Shown piece by piece: positions 22,099 to 31,777 of a DNA stretch of 64,000 nt. The DNA is from a virus. Taxonomy: Duplodnaviria; Caudoviricetes. Both the position numbers and the translations under genes were made by a program. Each line of letters opens with the position of its first letter. Position 1 is the first letter of the stretch. Location of the stretch: the IMG/VR virus record IMGVR_UViG_3300028591_005215, positions 215,750-279,749 of that record. One strand, given 5' to 3'. The notes beneath the pieces were generated by a model. It saw only the letters and a list, made by a program, of their open reading frames with translations. It did not search any database and was not told the DNA's origin.

Positions 22099-22903
22099 CT
22101 TTGTTATTATCCATATCATCTACGGATGAAATTTGAAAGTCATACAACCCATAGGTTGTATCTAAATCAATGAATTTATGTTCTTTTTTTTCCAAGTCCC
22201 ACACACAAAAACCATGCTGTGTTATAGTTTCACCAAAACTTTGTTGTATTAATGACCCAGGGTATACAATATTAACATCACCACGTTTTATTTCTTGCCG
22301 TTTATGAATATCACCAGCAATGACAAAATCGCAACCATTAAAAGTATCACCATCAGTTCCGTCTTGCATAACAGTGCCATTGTTTAGCGTTGCACCAGCT
22401 ACTGTTCCGTGATACAACCCAATAACTGTATTATTAGGGTTTTCTTCCCTTGCTTGTTCAATGTCAGGCCGTCTAAAATCAGAATATATTGAAAATAATG
22501 CCCACGTTACATTATCATCTATTAGTGTCCCACTATCATAGCCTAAATATGAATCTACAAACACTGAATTCTGAAAATTGGCAGTTTCGAATAAAGCTGT
22601 CATAGTATCTTTTCTGCTTGTATTATTAACTATTAGGTCATGATTACCACTAATAATTATTACTTGTGCAATGTTTTCCAATTCCCTAATAAACAAACTA
22701 GCAAACACAAATAATTCATTAGAAATTGTATTTTTTTGGTGGAATAAATCACCTGCTATCACAATTCTAACTTCTTCTTTCTTATACGGCTTTGCAAGTT
22801 CACTACATTTTCCAATAAATTGCGTTAATTGTTCAGCATATTCTTCGTGTCTTTGATAGTTTCTTATATGTATATCAGCAGCATGTATAATTAATTTTAT
22901 CAT
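22079..22903 (-). CDS. Mre11/SbcD-like metallophosphoesterase nuclease (lacks the usual C-terminal part)
   Basis: ADIH, AGDLFH, GNHD, YHG, GDIHKRQ, YPGSLIQQSFGE motifs. Confidence 0.85.
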   Translation of the reverse strand: MIKLIIHAADIHIRNYQRHEEYAEQLTQFIGKCSELAKPYKKEEVRIVIAGDLFHQKNTISNELFVFASLFIRELENIAQVIIISGNHDLIVNNTSRKDTMTALFETANFQNSVFVDSYLGYDSGTLIDDNVTWALFSIYSDFRRPDIEQAREENPNNTVIGLYHGTVAGATLNNGTVMQDGTDGDTFNGCDFVIAGDIHKRQEIKRGDVNIVYPGSLIQQSFGETITQHGFCVWDLEKKEHKFIDLDTTYGLYDFQISSVDDMDNNKETLLNY

Positions 22904-22926
22904 ATTTAACTTTTATTAATATAGTG

Positions 22927-22957
22927 CAAATATATCTAAAATTATGTTAAAACCAAA
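22927..22957 (-). promoter_or_regulatory. Bacteroidota sigmaA-type promoter for the Mre11-like gene
   Basis: Minus-strand TATATTTG (22927-22934) with TTTG about 20 nt upstream. Confidence 0.6.
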
Positions 22958-22984
22958 ATATTTATATTAAAAGTTTTTTTAAAA

Positions 22985-25063
22985 ATGGTAGATAGTAGAA
23001 AAAGAAAAGTTGAATGGGAAGGCGAAATACCTGCGTCTGCATTGTCATGGGTATCATTTGTCGAAACAGACAGCTATGGTTACGAATTCACTACTGACGA
23101 AGATGGTAATGGCAAAATTATCGTTTCATCTGATGATAATGATGCAAAACCTATAGATTATGTGAAAATAAAATTACAACCTGCATATGGCAAACCTGGG
23201 GATGCTGACTATAGAACTTGTTCTATTAAATTCAAACAGCTTGGTTTTGCAAATCCAAAAACATGCGAAGCACACATTAAACAAAAAGTATTAAATTCAT
23301 ACAGGAATGATTTGTTTTACAAAGTATTGAAAGATGCTACACCACATTTAAACTTTAAAGAAAACGATAGAAGCATAAATGATAGCACTGGCTTTGATTA
23401 TAGTGGTGGCACAATACAATTTGATTGGTATTTTGAACTTGAATACATTGATTATTGCTACTATTCAGGTACTAATATTCTTGCAGTAGATGACAATGGT
23501 AATTATATACAATCAGGTACAACTAAAGAAAAATGTACGTCATCAGAAAATGCGGTGTGGGAATGTAATAACAAAAACGCAATAATATATGATGATGGAA
23601 CATTATTAATGGGTGATGTCAGTGAAGACACTATATTTGACGTTACACTTAAATATAAAGGGTATGATAAAGAAGCTAAACAAACAGTTAGGCAAACTAA
23701 TAATACAAAAAATGTTACTTATAGGGTTAACACTAACATAAAAGACGCTAATGTAACATTTAATTATTATTATAAAAAGGCATATACTACTGTTAAATTA
23801 GCCGATGGGATAAGTGATAAAAAACAATATGTCTTTAATGTAGAACCACCAATTTTAAACTTTACAAATTCTACAGATATAAAATATGTAACAGTAGATT
23901 CGTTACGCTCATCTAATGAGCCATTATATTATGCTGAATGCGAAATACCACAAATTGCGACAGATGTCACAGCTTCAATACAATATAGTGGCATTAAAGA
24001 TAAGCACTATAACATATCAATTGAGCCAAATACGTGGAACGCTAATTTGTCTGACGAATTAAATGTAACTGTATCAGCTTCAGAAACCGTGTCTGAATAT
24101 GATGGCACTAAAGTATCAATTAGTTTTGAGGAAAATGTTTATGAAAAAGATATTATCATCAAAACTGTTACAACAAATAGCTTAACGCCTTATTCAGTAA
24201 GCTTACCAGAAAATGTTGAAGACTTATCTGAAGGGAAAGGTACTAATCTAAAAATTACATCAGATAATGTGGTTGGTGTTGCAAAATATTCAGTTAATGC
24301 AGATACAAATGTTTATGATACATTAACTATAAGCCGTAACATACCTAAAGAATATGTGTTTACTTGGAGTGATGGCACTACTACACCAAAAGAAATTGAT
24401 TTGGAATATAGTGATGATGTTTTGAAGAGAGTAATAAGCAATGTAATATCTACATATGGTGGTGAAACCAACGATTATACGTTAAGCTGCGCTAATAACA
24501 ATGTATTAATTGATAATTCCACAAAAACAGTTTCTTTTAAATCTAAAAGCACTTATGTTGATGCAACATATTTAACAACACCATATAAGGGAAATGGTTT
24601 TACTAAATCATATGGGTTTGTTACTAAATATGTTATATCATTAACGCAGTCTAATAGTGCTAAAAAATTAACATTAAATGTGAATTATTATCACAAGTCA
24701 CCTTGTGATATACATTTTTCTAAAAATAATAATAAACAATTGCTTATTAAAATAAATGATGGCGCTACTAATAAATTACCTAATAGCGTAACTTATTATA
24801 GTTTTGATATTACAGCACAATATACAGTAAATAATGAACCTTATGACCCATCTAATGTTAAATCAATTACAGATATATTAGACCCATATTTTTCATCACA
24901 TTTGTATGCTATATCAAATTACATACCTGAGTTGTCTGAACCAAGTGTATATATCTATGATTTTAGACTACCAAATAGTACACTTAATCGGTCAAATATA
25001 AACGAATATTTACCAAATGAATGGTATACTGAATATAATGAAATTATAGACGAAAATAATTAA
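22985..25063 (+). CDS. Ig/BACON-like repeat protein, probable adhesin or virion decoration
   Basis: Beta-rich, Thr-rich; shares the N-terminus (VEWEGEI..W(V/L)SF) and Y.VNTNI..A..TF module with the next ORF. Confidence 0.5.
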   Translation: MVDSRKRKVEWEGEIPASALSWVSFVETDSYGYEFTTDEDGNGKIIVSSDDNDAKPIDYVKIKLQPAYGKPGDADYRTCSIKFKQLGFANPKTCEAHIKQKVLNSYRNDLFYKVLKDATPHLNFKENDRSINDSTGFDYSGGTIQFDWYFELEYIDYCYYSGTNILAVDDNGNYIQSGTTKEKCTSSENAVWECNNKNAIIYDDGTLLMGDVSEDTIFDVTLKYKGYDKEAKQTVRQTNNTKNVTYRVNTNIKDANVTFNYYYKKAYTTVKLADGISDKKQYVFNVEPPILNFTNSTDIKYVTVDSLRSSNEPLYYAECEIPQIATDVTASIQYSGIKDKHYNISIEPNTWNANLSDELNVTVSASETVSEYDGTKVSISFEENVYEKDIIIKTVTTNSLTPYSVSLPENVEDLSEGKGTNLKITSDNVVGVAKYSVNADTNVYDTLTISRNIPKEYVFTWSDGTTTPKEIDLEYSDDVLKRVISNVISTYGGETNDYTLSCANNNVLIDNSTKTVSFKSKSTYVDATYLTTPYKGNGFTKSYGFVTKYVISLTQSNSAKKLTLNVNYYHKSPCDIHFSKNNNKQLLIKINDGATNKLPNSVTYYSFDITAQYTVNNEPYDPSNVKSITDILDPYFSSHLYAISNYIPELSEPSVYIYDFRLPNSTLNRSNINEYLPNEWYTEYNEIIDENN

Positions 25064-25065
25064 TC

Positions 25066-27108
25066 ATGAATAAAAAAATAGAATGGTACGGTGAAATAAC
25101 AGGTGATGGGAGAACTTGGCTATCATTTACTTATGATGATACTAAGGGTTACGAATATGACACAACCACTAAACCTAAAAAAATAATAGTAACTACAGAT
25201 GATAACAATGGAAGCTTAACTGACATAATTGGGTTGGATTTAGAACCAAATACAACACAATATATTAGAAAAACAAACGTTGAATTTTATCAGTTAGGCG
25301 GGAAGCATATATCTTACGAAGTTACACAAAAAGTAGGGCATAGTTTTATTGAAACGAGTACTTATGAAGAAATATCTACTTGGGTATTTAATTCAATGTC
25401 AATTTCACCTGTTAGTGAAACGTGTGAATGCGACACTACTGAATACACATTTAAAGCAATTTATTCTCATAAGCCTAAATATGTAACATATTCTAAAGGG
25501 TATTATGCTGATAATCCTGATGAGGAAATTAAGATAGTTAAAAGTGAAAGATATGGTGATGTACAATATATTTCAGACCCATCTAAATTTATTTGGGCTA
25601 CAGATAATGGCACTATAACTAATGGTAAGTTAACATTTAATGAAAATGTAGATAGGAACAATTATGTTTTATATAACGTAACTGCAACATATAGAGATAA
25701 TTATAATGAAAAAAACGCAACTGGCGTACTAAAGCAAAAAGCAAATGACAAAACTGCAACGTACACGGTTAATACTAATATACCAAATGCAACAGCAACA
25801 TTCACAATTGATAACGAAATTATATCAGCTATAACAGTAGCATATGTTTCTGATAATGAATATACAGCCATTTGTGAAGGACCTTTAAATTCATCTTTAA
25901 AAGTAGCTATTACAGGTAGTAAAAATGAAATAATCACTTATTCTTTAGATGTGTCACCAAAAAAATGGGATATTAAGGAATCAAGTGCATTAACGGTAAC
26001 AGTTACAAGTAATAAACATGTTGAAGAAAATGATTTTTCTAACAACTCTTATACGTATCCTGATAATATATACAACGCTACTATCAATATAAATAGAAAA
26101 ACAAGTGATAGTGAAGCATCTTATTCAGCTATTCTTCCTGATGGTATAACTGATGAATCGGTAGATGGCAATTTTACATATCTAAAAGCTGCTGAAGGGA
26201 GTTTAAAGGATGGTGGCGAAATAACATATTATTTAACTGAATCTGAAGACATAAAAGCTAAGATAAGTGTAAGTAATTCAACAAGTGATGACAAATTTTT
26301 GGAAGATAAGATGATGACATTAGTTTATGACTATGGTATAGTTGGTAGAACTTTAGAGACAAGGCCTCAGATTATGCTTTATAGGTCAAAAACTAATAGT
26401 AGCGTAGAAGCAATATATGTAGCCACAACATCGCAATCTACTCTTCATCAGGGGACATTTGATGTTATAGAAATTAAAAAAACTGACAAAACATATATAA
26501 CTGACGATGGTACTTTTTATGTTTTAAACATTTCAAATCATCACGAATTAGTTGTTAATGGTAATAAAGTTATAGTTTTTTTAAAGCTTATAGGTGATGA
26601 CGTACCAGATGAAATGCAATACTATAACGGAAATATAACAGCAGTAAGAATACCTACGCCATATACAAAACTTGATAATGCTTGTTTGTATTGTAACACC
26701 AGCTTGCATCATTTGTTTTTAGGGAATACAATTAGTTTACTTGTATCAGATTGTTTAGCAGGTTTTGCTTCAATAAAAGAAATATATTTTGGCTATGAAG
26801 AAGCGCCTACTTTGAATAAAGGTAACGGTACAGGGCATACTTTTAGAGATACTTATAGAAACTCGCAAGCATCAAGTAAAGATTGCATTATTTATGGAGT
26901 GAAAGGAAGTTATGATAGTTATCATGTTGATAGTAATGACCCTTGGCAATGGGATGGGTGTATATATGCTGACGTTTCAGGTCGTTCAGATATTAACAAT
27001 AATACGAAAACATGGAGGATTGATACTGACACTTATACAGTAGATAAAGAACTTGAAATCTTCAAGGAAAAGGTAATTAATGCTAATACAGGTGACCCTA
27101 TTGTATAA
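25066..27108 (+). CDS. Ig/BACON-like repeat protein, paralogue of the previous gene, with a BspA/LRR-like C-terminus
   Basis: Shared modules; C-terminal CNTSLHHLFLGNTISLL..IKEIYFGYEEAPTL resembles BspA-type LRR caps. Confidence 0.5.
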   Translation: MNKKIEWYGEITGDGRTWLSFTYDDTKGYEYDTTTKPKKIIVTTDDNNGSLTDIIGLDLEPNTTQYIRKTNVEFYQLGGKHISYEVTQKVGHSFIETSTYEEISTWVFNSMSISPVSETCECDTTEYTFKAIYSHKPKYVTYSKGYYADNPDEEIKIVKSERYGDVQYISDPSKFIWATDNGTITNGKLTFNENVDRNNYVLYNVTATYRDNYNEKNATGVLKQKANDKTATYTVNTNIPNATATFTIDNEIISAITVAYVSDNEYTAICEGPLNSSLKVAITGSKNEIITYSLDVSPKKWDIKESSALTVTVTSNKHVEENDFSNNSYTYPDNIYNATININRKTSDSEASYSAILPDGITDESVDGNFTYLKAAEGSLKDGGEITYYLTESEDIKAKISVSNSTSDDKFLEDKMMTLVYDYGIVGRTLETRPQIMLYRSKTNSSVEAIYVATTSQSTLHQGTFDVIEIKKTDKTYITDDGTFYVLNISNHHELVVNGNKVIVFLKLIGDDVPDEMQYYNGNITAVRIPTPYTKLDNACLYCNTSLHHLFLGNTISLLVSDCLAGFASIKEIYFGYEEAPTLNKGNGTGHTFRDTYRNSQASSKDCIIYGVKGSYDSYHVDSNDPWQWDGCIYADVSGRSDINNNTKTWRIDTDTYTVDKELEIFKEKVINANTGDPIV

Positions 27109-27177
27109 AAAAATAAATATAAAAGTAGACTTTTTTTTTCAGTGATATAGATATTTATTATTGCAAAGTTTGTTAAT

Positions 27178-27513
27178 ATGAATATAATAATAGAAAGAGT
27201 TATTTCGCAAACCATTAATAAGCTCATCAACGAAAACTGTTCAAGGTCATCAGTCATAACAGAGAACGATGGTGATGATATGGGTATCTACAAAGAACTT
27301 GATGATAAGGTTATTGATATTTGTTATCGTCATGATTTCAATGTACAAACAAGAGTTGGCAACGATTTGGCATATTATGCATTTTTCATTGCAGATGACA
27401 GACTACCAAAAGTTCAAGAATCAATACAAATGTTGGAGAAACTTGGACTAAGAAGAATCAATAATGGGACTTTAAGCGGAACAATACATTATTACACTAT
27501 AGATTTTCACTAA
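27178..27513 (+). CDS. Hypothetical protein with N-terminal L/IxE leader
   Basis: IIIERVISQTINKLINE; ATATTTAT motif upstream at 27151. Confidence 0.6.
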   Translation: MNIIIERVISQTINKLINENCSRSSVITENDGDDMGIYKELDDKVIDICYRHDFNVQTRVGNDLAYYAFFIADDRLPKVQESIQMLEKLGLRRINNGTLSGTIHYYTIDFH

Positions 27514-27518
27514 ATAAC

Positions 27519-28851
27519 GTTCCAAGGATGCCCACACGCTTTAGCGGTGGGAGGAATTGGAACAAATTTTTATTTTTTTTTTTCTTATTTATTTAAACTT
27601 TTAAAACTTTCTTTATATTTATAATAAGAAGGGTATTTCCCTTGAGTGAATAAAAACACATGACGTACAGAACATATAACATAGAGCTACAAATGAGTGA
27701 CACAACACACAACTATTGGATGAGCCTATTGACTCAGACAATGGAAGCTTATAACTGTTGTGGCAACATCGCTGTACAACAGCAAATACCACTAGGTATT
27801 AAGCCCTTCCATGATAATTTGTATGGTATAATCAGAAAGAAGTTCCCACTGATTCCAGCACAAGGTGCAATAAAAACTTATAAGGAAGTCCTTTCAACAC
27901 TCAGAGCAATCAGAGGTAACAAACATAAGAACGCCTCAGTTCCTCAACGTAAACAACTGTCATTACATCTTGATAAAAGAATGTATTCAAGACTTTCCAT
28001 TGATGGTATATCCTTGACAACTGAAGTAAGAAACAAACGTGAGTTCTGTACATTTATCCTCTTCGACAAGGTGAGAGAATTATTCTCCACTTGTGTCCCA
28101 AAAGACCCTACAATCTTTGCTCGTAACGGTAGACTATTCCTTTCAGTATCTTTCGAGGTTCAATCCTTGCCTTGCAAGGATGACACCGCAATCGGTGTTG
28201 ACCTTGGAATGAAGAGATTCTTTGTCACCTCAGAAGGTAAGTCCTTCGTTGACAAGAATTACTTGAAACAACGTAGGAAACTACGTTATTTGAAGCGTTG
28301 TCTCCAGAGCAAATGTTCTCATTCATCCAAAAGGCATCTTCAACGTTTATCCCATAAGGAACGTAATGTTTCCAAGAGCCAAGTTGAAAAAGCTTGCAAT
28401 GTGCTACTTCGTAGCACCAATACAAGTATTCTTGTATTGGAAGACCTTACGAAGATTAAGACGAAGACTTCCAAGACAAAGGAAGGTTTTAAGAGGACAA
28501 GACATAACAATGCCTTGTCTCAAGTCCCATTCTATATGTTCAAAGAACGCTTGACCAATAAGGCACAACTCGTTGGAAAACGAGTTGAAACAGTTTCTCC
28601 AGCGTTTACAAGTCAGACTGACAGCCGAACAAACAAACGTAATGGCATCCGCCACGGATGCAATTATATATGTTTTGATGGTGTTGTCCTTGATGCTGAT
28701 TGGAACGCTGCGGTCAATATTGCACTTCGTGCAAAACACCCACTTTCGAGCAGCGAGCTGCCCTTAAGTGGCAGGGTGCGGTCAATCACCCAATCGTCAG
28801 AAGCCTAACGGCTTTATGGCAAGCCACTGACTTTAGGCAGTGGTAGTTGAC
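27519..28851 (+). mobile_element. IS200/IS605-family element, tnpB only (IS1341-like)
   Basis: Left-end hairpin gttccaa..cccac..tttag..gtggg..ttggaac (27519-27563); right-end hairpin ccactg..tttag..cagtgg followed by tagttgac; GC content above the flanks. Confidence 0.8.
27660..28808 (+). CDS. tnpB: TnpB-family RNA-guided nuclease
   Basis: RuvC-I GVDLG, RuvC-II LVLEDL, TSQ, RuvC-III DADWNAAVNI. Confidence 0.9.
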   Translation: MTYRTYNIELQMSDTTHNYWMSLLTQTMEAYNCCGNIAVQQQIPLGIKPFHDNLYGIIRKKFPLIPAQGAIKTYKEVLSTLRAIRGNKHKNASVPQRKQLSLHLDKRMYSRLSIDGISLTTEVRNKREFCTFILFDKVRELFSTCVPKDPTIFARNGRLFLSVSFEVQSLPCKDDTAIGVDLGMKRFFVTSEGKSFVDKNYLKQRRKLRYLKRCLQSKCSHSSKRHLQRLSHKERNVSKSQVEKACNVLLRSTNTSILVLEDLTKIKTKTSKTKEGFKRTRHNNALSQVPFYMFKERLTNKAQLVGKRVETVSPAFTSQTDSRTNKRNGIRHGCNYICFDGVVLDADWNAAVNIALRAKHPLSSSELPLSGRVRSITQSSEA

Positions 28852-28880
28852 TAAATAACGAATTAAATACGTATTGAAAT

Positions 28881-29171
28881 ATGACTAAGAAACTTATAAG
28901 ACTAACAGAAAGTGACCTTCACAGGATTGTGGAGAAGTCAGTAAACAGAATATTGAAAGAATCTGATGATTTTAAGCCAACAGGTTATAAAACCGCATCT
29001 AACCTTGGTGGGCATGAGGTGCAAATAAACCCTTCTGGTGACTCTGCTCGCTTTAAATTCTATGGTGGCGAACCAACAGATTGGATGGAAATAGAATTTG
29101 ATGAAGATGGCGTTGCATATGTTGAGACAGAAAGAGGTCGTGAACTATTATCAGACTATATGAGATATTAA
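28881..29171 (+). CDS. Hypothetical protein with LTESDL leader (possible internal head protein)
   Basis: KKLIRLTESDLHRIVEKSVNRILKE. Confidence 0.7.
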   Translation: MTKKLIRLTESDLHRIVEKSVNRILKESDDFKPTGYKTASNLGGHEVQINPSGDSARFKFYGGEPTDWMEIEFDEDGVAYVETERGRELLSDYMRY

Positions 29172-29185
29172 TTATGTAATCAAAT

Positions 29186-29218
29186 AAAGAGGTATACTAT
29201 TGAAGGTATACCTCTTTT
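29186..29218. terminator. Bidirectional terminator
   Basis: aaagaggtatac..gtatacctcttt between convergent genes. Confidence 0.6.
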
Positions 29219-30207
29219 ATTTTTATAGCATTTGCTAAATGTTTAAGTATTATTTTTTTTCCTCCTAATTGGAAAAGCAATGATGGGTCGTATTTTTCGT
29301 CAACAGGTATATATCTTATTTTATTATACAATCTTCCGTGGTTTAATTCTTTATATGTTTCAAGAGCAGTTTGAAATGTATCACCGTCAATAAAAATATT
29401 AATGTTTGCATTTGCTTTTGCATTTATATCCCAATAAAGTTTAAATTTTTTATCAATTACTTTACCAAGTAATGGCACTGAGTTTGGTACTACTAAGTGG
29501 TCAAATGGGCCTTCTACGAGTGTAACATCAGCATCCCACTGTATTTTCTCTTCATTAAAAATAATGTCACGTCTTTCTACCTTTGGGTTATAATACTTTT
29601 GCCTTTTTTCATTTCCTGTAAAATCACGACCTGTCCAATAATTAAGCTCACCAAATTTATTGTATGAAGGCAAAATTATTCGATTTGAAGCCATTTTATC
29701 TTCTTCATCATACATTGTGAAGCCTATATTAAAATCGTGTATTATATCCCAAGTAATACCCCTTTTTTGAAGATATTCCATTGCTTTTGGTGGATAATAT
29801 TTATCTTCTCTAAATGGTCTAAAACTTTTTGGTAATTTTACATTGTCTATTTGCGCTAAATCAACTTTAAATGTTTTAGCAAAATCTATGTTATATAGTT
29901 TACTATCTCTTAATGATTGAACACATTCTTTATATTCTTTATAAAGTTGTTCGTTACCATACAATTTTAGCAACTTATATACTGAGCCATGCATTTCATC
30001 ATCGTCTTCAGCACCACATTTCCAACAATGAAACACAAAATAATTACATTCAAGGTTATACTTTTGAAGTTCCCTATTTCCATATTTTTCAGAACAATGT
30101 GGACATCCAAATTGCAACTGTGTGTAATTTGCGTCAAATCCTCCTTTCGCTTCACCTAAAAATGAAGCCAATATAGAATACATTCTTTGAAATTCTGGTG
30201 GTAACAT
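29197..30207 (-). CDS. DNA primase (zinc-binding domain plus TOPRIM)
   Basis: CPHC..FHCWKC zinc site, YLQKRGI, RIILP, GRD, VEGPFD, DGD. Confidence 0.85.
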   Translation of the reverse strand: MLPPEFQRMYSILASFLGEAKGGFDANYTQLQFGCPHCSEKYGNRELQKYNLECNYFVFHCWKCGAEDDDEMHGSVYKLLKLYGNEQLYKEYKECVQSLRDSKLYNIDFAKTFKVDLAQIDNVKLPKSFRPFREDKYYPPKAMEYLQKRGITWDIIHDFNIGFTMYDEEDKMASNRIILPSYNKFGELNYWTGRDFTGNEKRQKYYNPKVERRDIIFNEEKIQWDADVTLVEGPFDHLVVPNSVPLLGKVIDKKFKLYWDINAKANANINIFIDGDTFQTALETYKELNHGRLYNKIRYIPVDEKYDPSLLFQLGGKKIILKHLANAIKIKEVYLQ

Positions 30208-30286
30208 ATTTTTTTATTTTTTGGCAAATATACCTAAAAAAATCAATAAAACAAAATCAAAAAACTATTTATTAATAAAAAATATT

Positions 30287-30517
30287 ATGGATGATAAGTT
30301 AAAATTTACTGATAGTGACCTACTTTATTCAATGATTGAATGTCTCGATTATGATAAATCACAATATGGAAATGACGGCCCTTGGTATACACAGGGAGAA
30401 TATCATGATATTAGTCATTTTGATAACAAAGACGACAAAATAACACCTTATGGGGTCACAGATTTAGAAAGATATGAAAATAATAAACCTAAAGGGTTTT
30501 GGAAAATATACATTTAA
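30287..30517 (+). CDS. Hypothetical protein with LTExDL-like leader
   Basis: Likely ATG at 30287 (MDDKLKFTDSDLLYSMIE); TATTTAT motif at 30266. Confidence 0.55.
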   Translation: MDDKLKFTDSDLLYSMIECLDYDKSQYGNDGPWYTQGEYHDISHFDNKDDKITPYGVTDLERYENNKPKGFWKIYI

Positions 30518-30519
30518 AT

Positions 30520-30553
30520 AAAAAAGGAAGGTAAAATAATACCTTCCTTTTTT
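30520..30553. terminator. Bidirectional intrinsic terminator
   Basis: aaaaaggaaggta..taccttccttttt. Confidence 0.75.
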
Positions 30554-31307
30554 ATTCTAAATATGTTATTCTATGTGTAGTTTTATCCCAATAATTAACA
30601 TCGTACTCTATTTTATTTTCAGATTCTTCAATATTTGAAATTTTAAATTCTATATCGCCTTTTCTAAGTTTATTCAAATATCCTAAACATGCAACGTAAC
30701 TATCAGTAGCATCAAAATTTTCTTTTTTCAATTCACCTTTTTTATCATAAATCCAAGTTATTTGAGGAAATAATTCAGATACTTTCTCTTGAAGAACGGC
30801 TTTTTTATCAACTTCCCATGAATAACTTCCAAATAAAACAAGTTTAGAATTTTTAATTTCGTTCATAATTTTCTTTCTTTCATATTGATTACCTGATTTA
30901 TTGTATTTTCTAATTGACATCAAATCAGGAAAAGAAAATTTACGAGCATCATAGCTTGATATATATTGAGGGACAACACCTAAAATTTCATATGCAGAAC
31001 AAGATAGCATACCATTGAATCTTAAAAGTGTTCCAACAGTATATTCATTATTTGAAGAAAGCAAAGGCTCTTCAATCACCACTTCATCAATACCAATACC
31101 TTTAAATTTTTCGAGAAATTCATCAAAAATTTTCTTTTTAATACATAAAGCTTCTATACCTTTGATTTTATTTGGTACTTTTGGCGAAATATGAGTTAAT
31201 TCTATAATTTGTCCATAATCTGACCCGTCATCAAGTAAAATAGTAACACCAATAGTTTTGGTACTAACGTCAAGCCCCATTAATATTTTATTTCCATTTT
31301 TGTCCAT
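30552..31307 (-). CDS. RuvC-like Holliday junction resolvase
   Basis: MGLDVSTKTIG, VVIEEP and DATDSY acidic motifs. Confidence 0.75.
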   Translation of the reverse strand: MDKNGNKILMGLDVSTKTIGVTILLDDGSDYGQIIELTHISPKVPNKIKGIEALCIKKKIFDEFLEKFKGIGIDEVVIEEPLLSSNNEYTVGTLLRFNGMLSCSAYEILGVVPQYISSYDARKFSFPDLMSIRKYNKSGNQYERKKIMNEIKNSKLVLFGSYSWEVDKKAVLQEKVSELFPQITWIYDKKGELKKENFDATDSYVACLGYLNKLRKGDIEFKISNIEESENKIEYDVNYWDKTTHRITYLE

Positions 31308-31437
31308 GATATTATTATAATATATATAATATTATTTTATATATAAAATATAATATATTACATGATATTTTAAATATTATTAATATATTATTTTGATTTA
31401 ATTAACATTTTTTATATATTTGCAATAAATCAATAAT

Positions 31438-31773
31438 ATGAGTATAAAAAAAGATATAGAAAGATATTGTAAAATCAATAATATATCAGATGTTGATGCT
31501 TTTATTGATGATTGCTTAATTAAAGGCTTTAATATTGTTAAATATGGGCTAACACCTAAAGAAAATTTTGATATAGAAAATGGCAGATTTACTGATAAAC
31601 CCACACTACAACACACTCAAACAAGAGAAAACGAATGTAGAACAAGCAATGATAAACCTGAACGTGTCGAGGTTTTACCTATGGAGCACGTGGTCGAGGG
31701 CACTAAAGGTTCAATTATAGAAGAAAAACCTAAAAGGAAAACAACTAAAAAGATTAAAATTATAAAAAAATAA
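31438..31773 (+). CDS. Hypothetical protein
   Basis: 111-aa ORF after TATATTTG promoter (31415-31422). Confidence 0.6.
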   Translation: MSIKKDIERYCKINNISDVDAFIDDCLIKGFNIVKYGLTPKENFDIENGRFTDKPTLQHTQTRENECRTSNDKPERVEVLPMEHVVEGTKGSIIEEKPKRKTTKKIKIIKK

Positions 31774-31777
31774 TAAT

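Noticed and set aside
30221-30286. Tracked TTG start for the 98-aa ORF
   Set aside because: This stretch holds divergent promoter motifs; ATG at 30287 is more plausible
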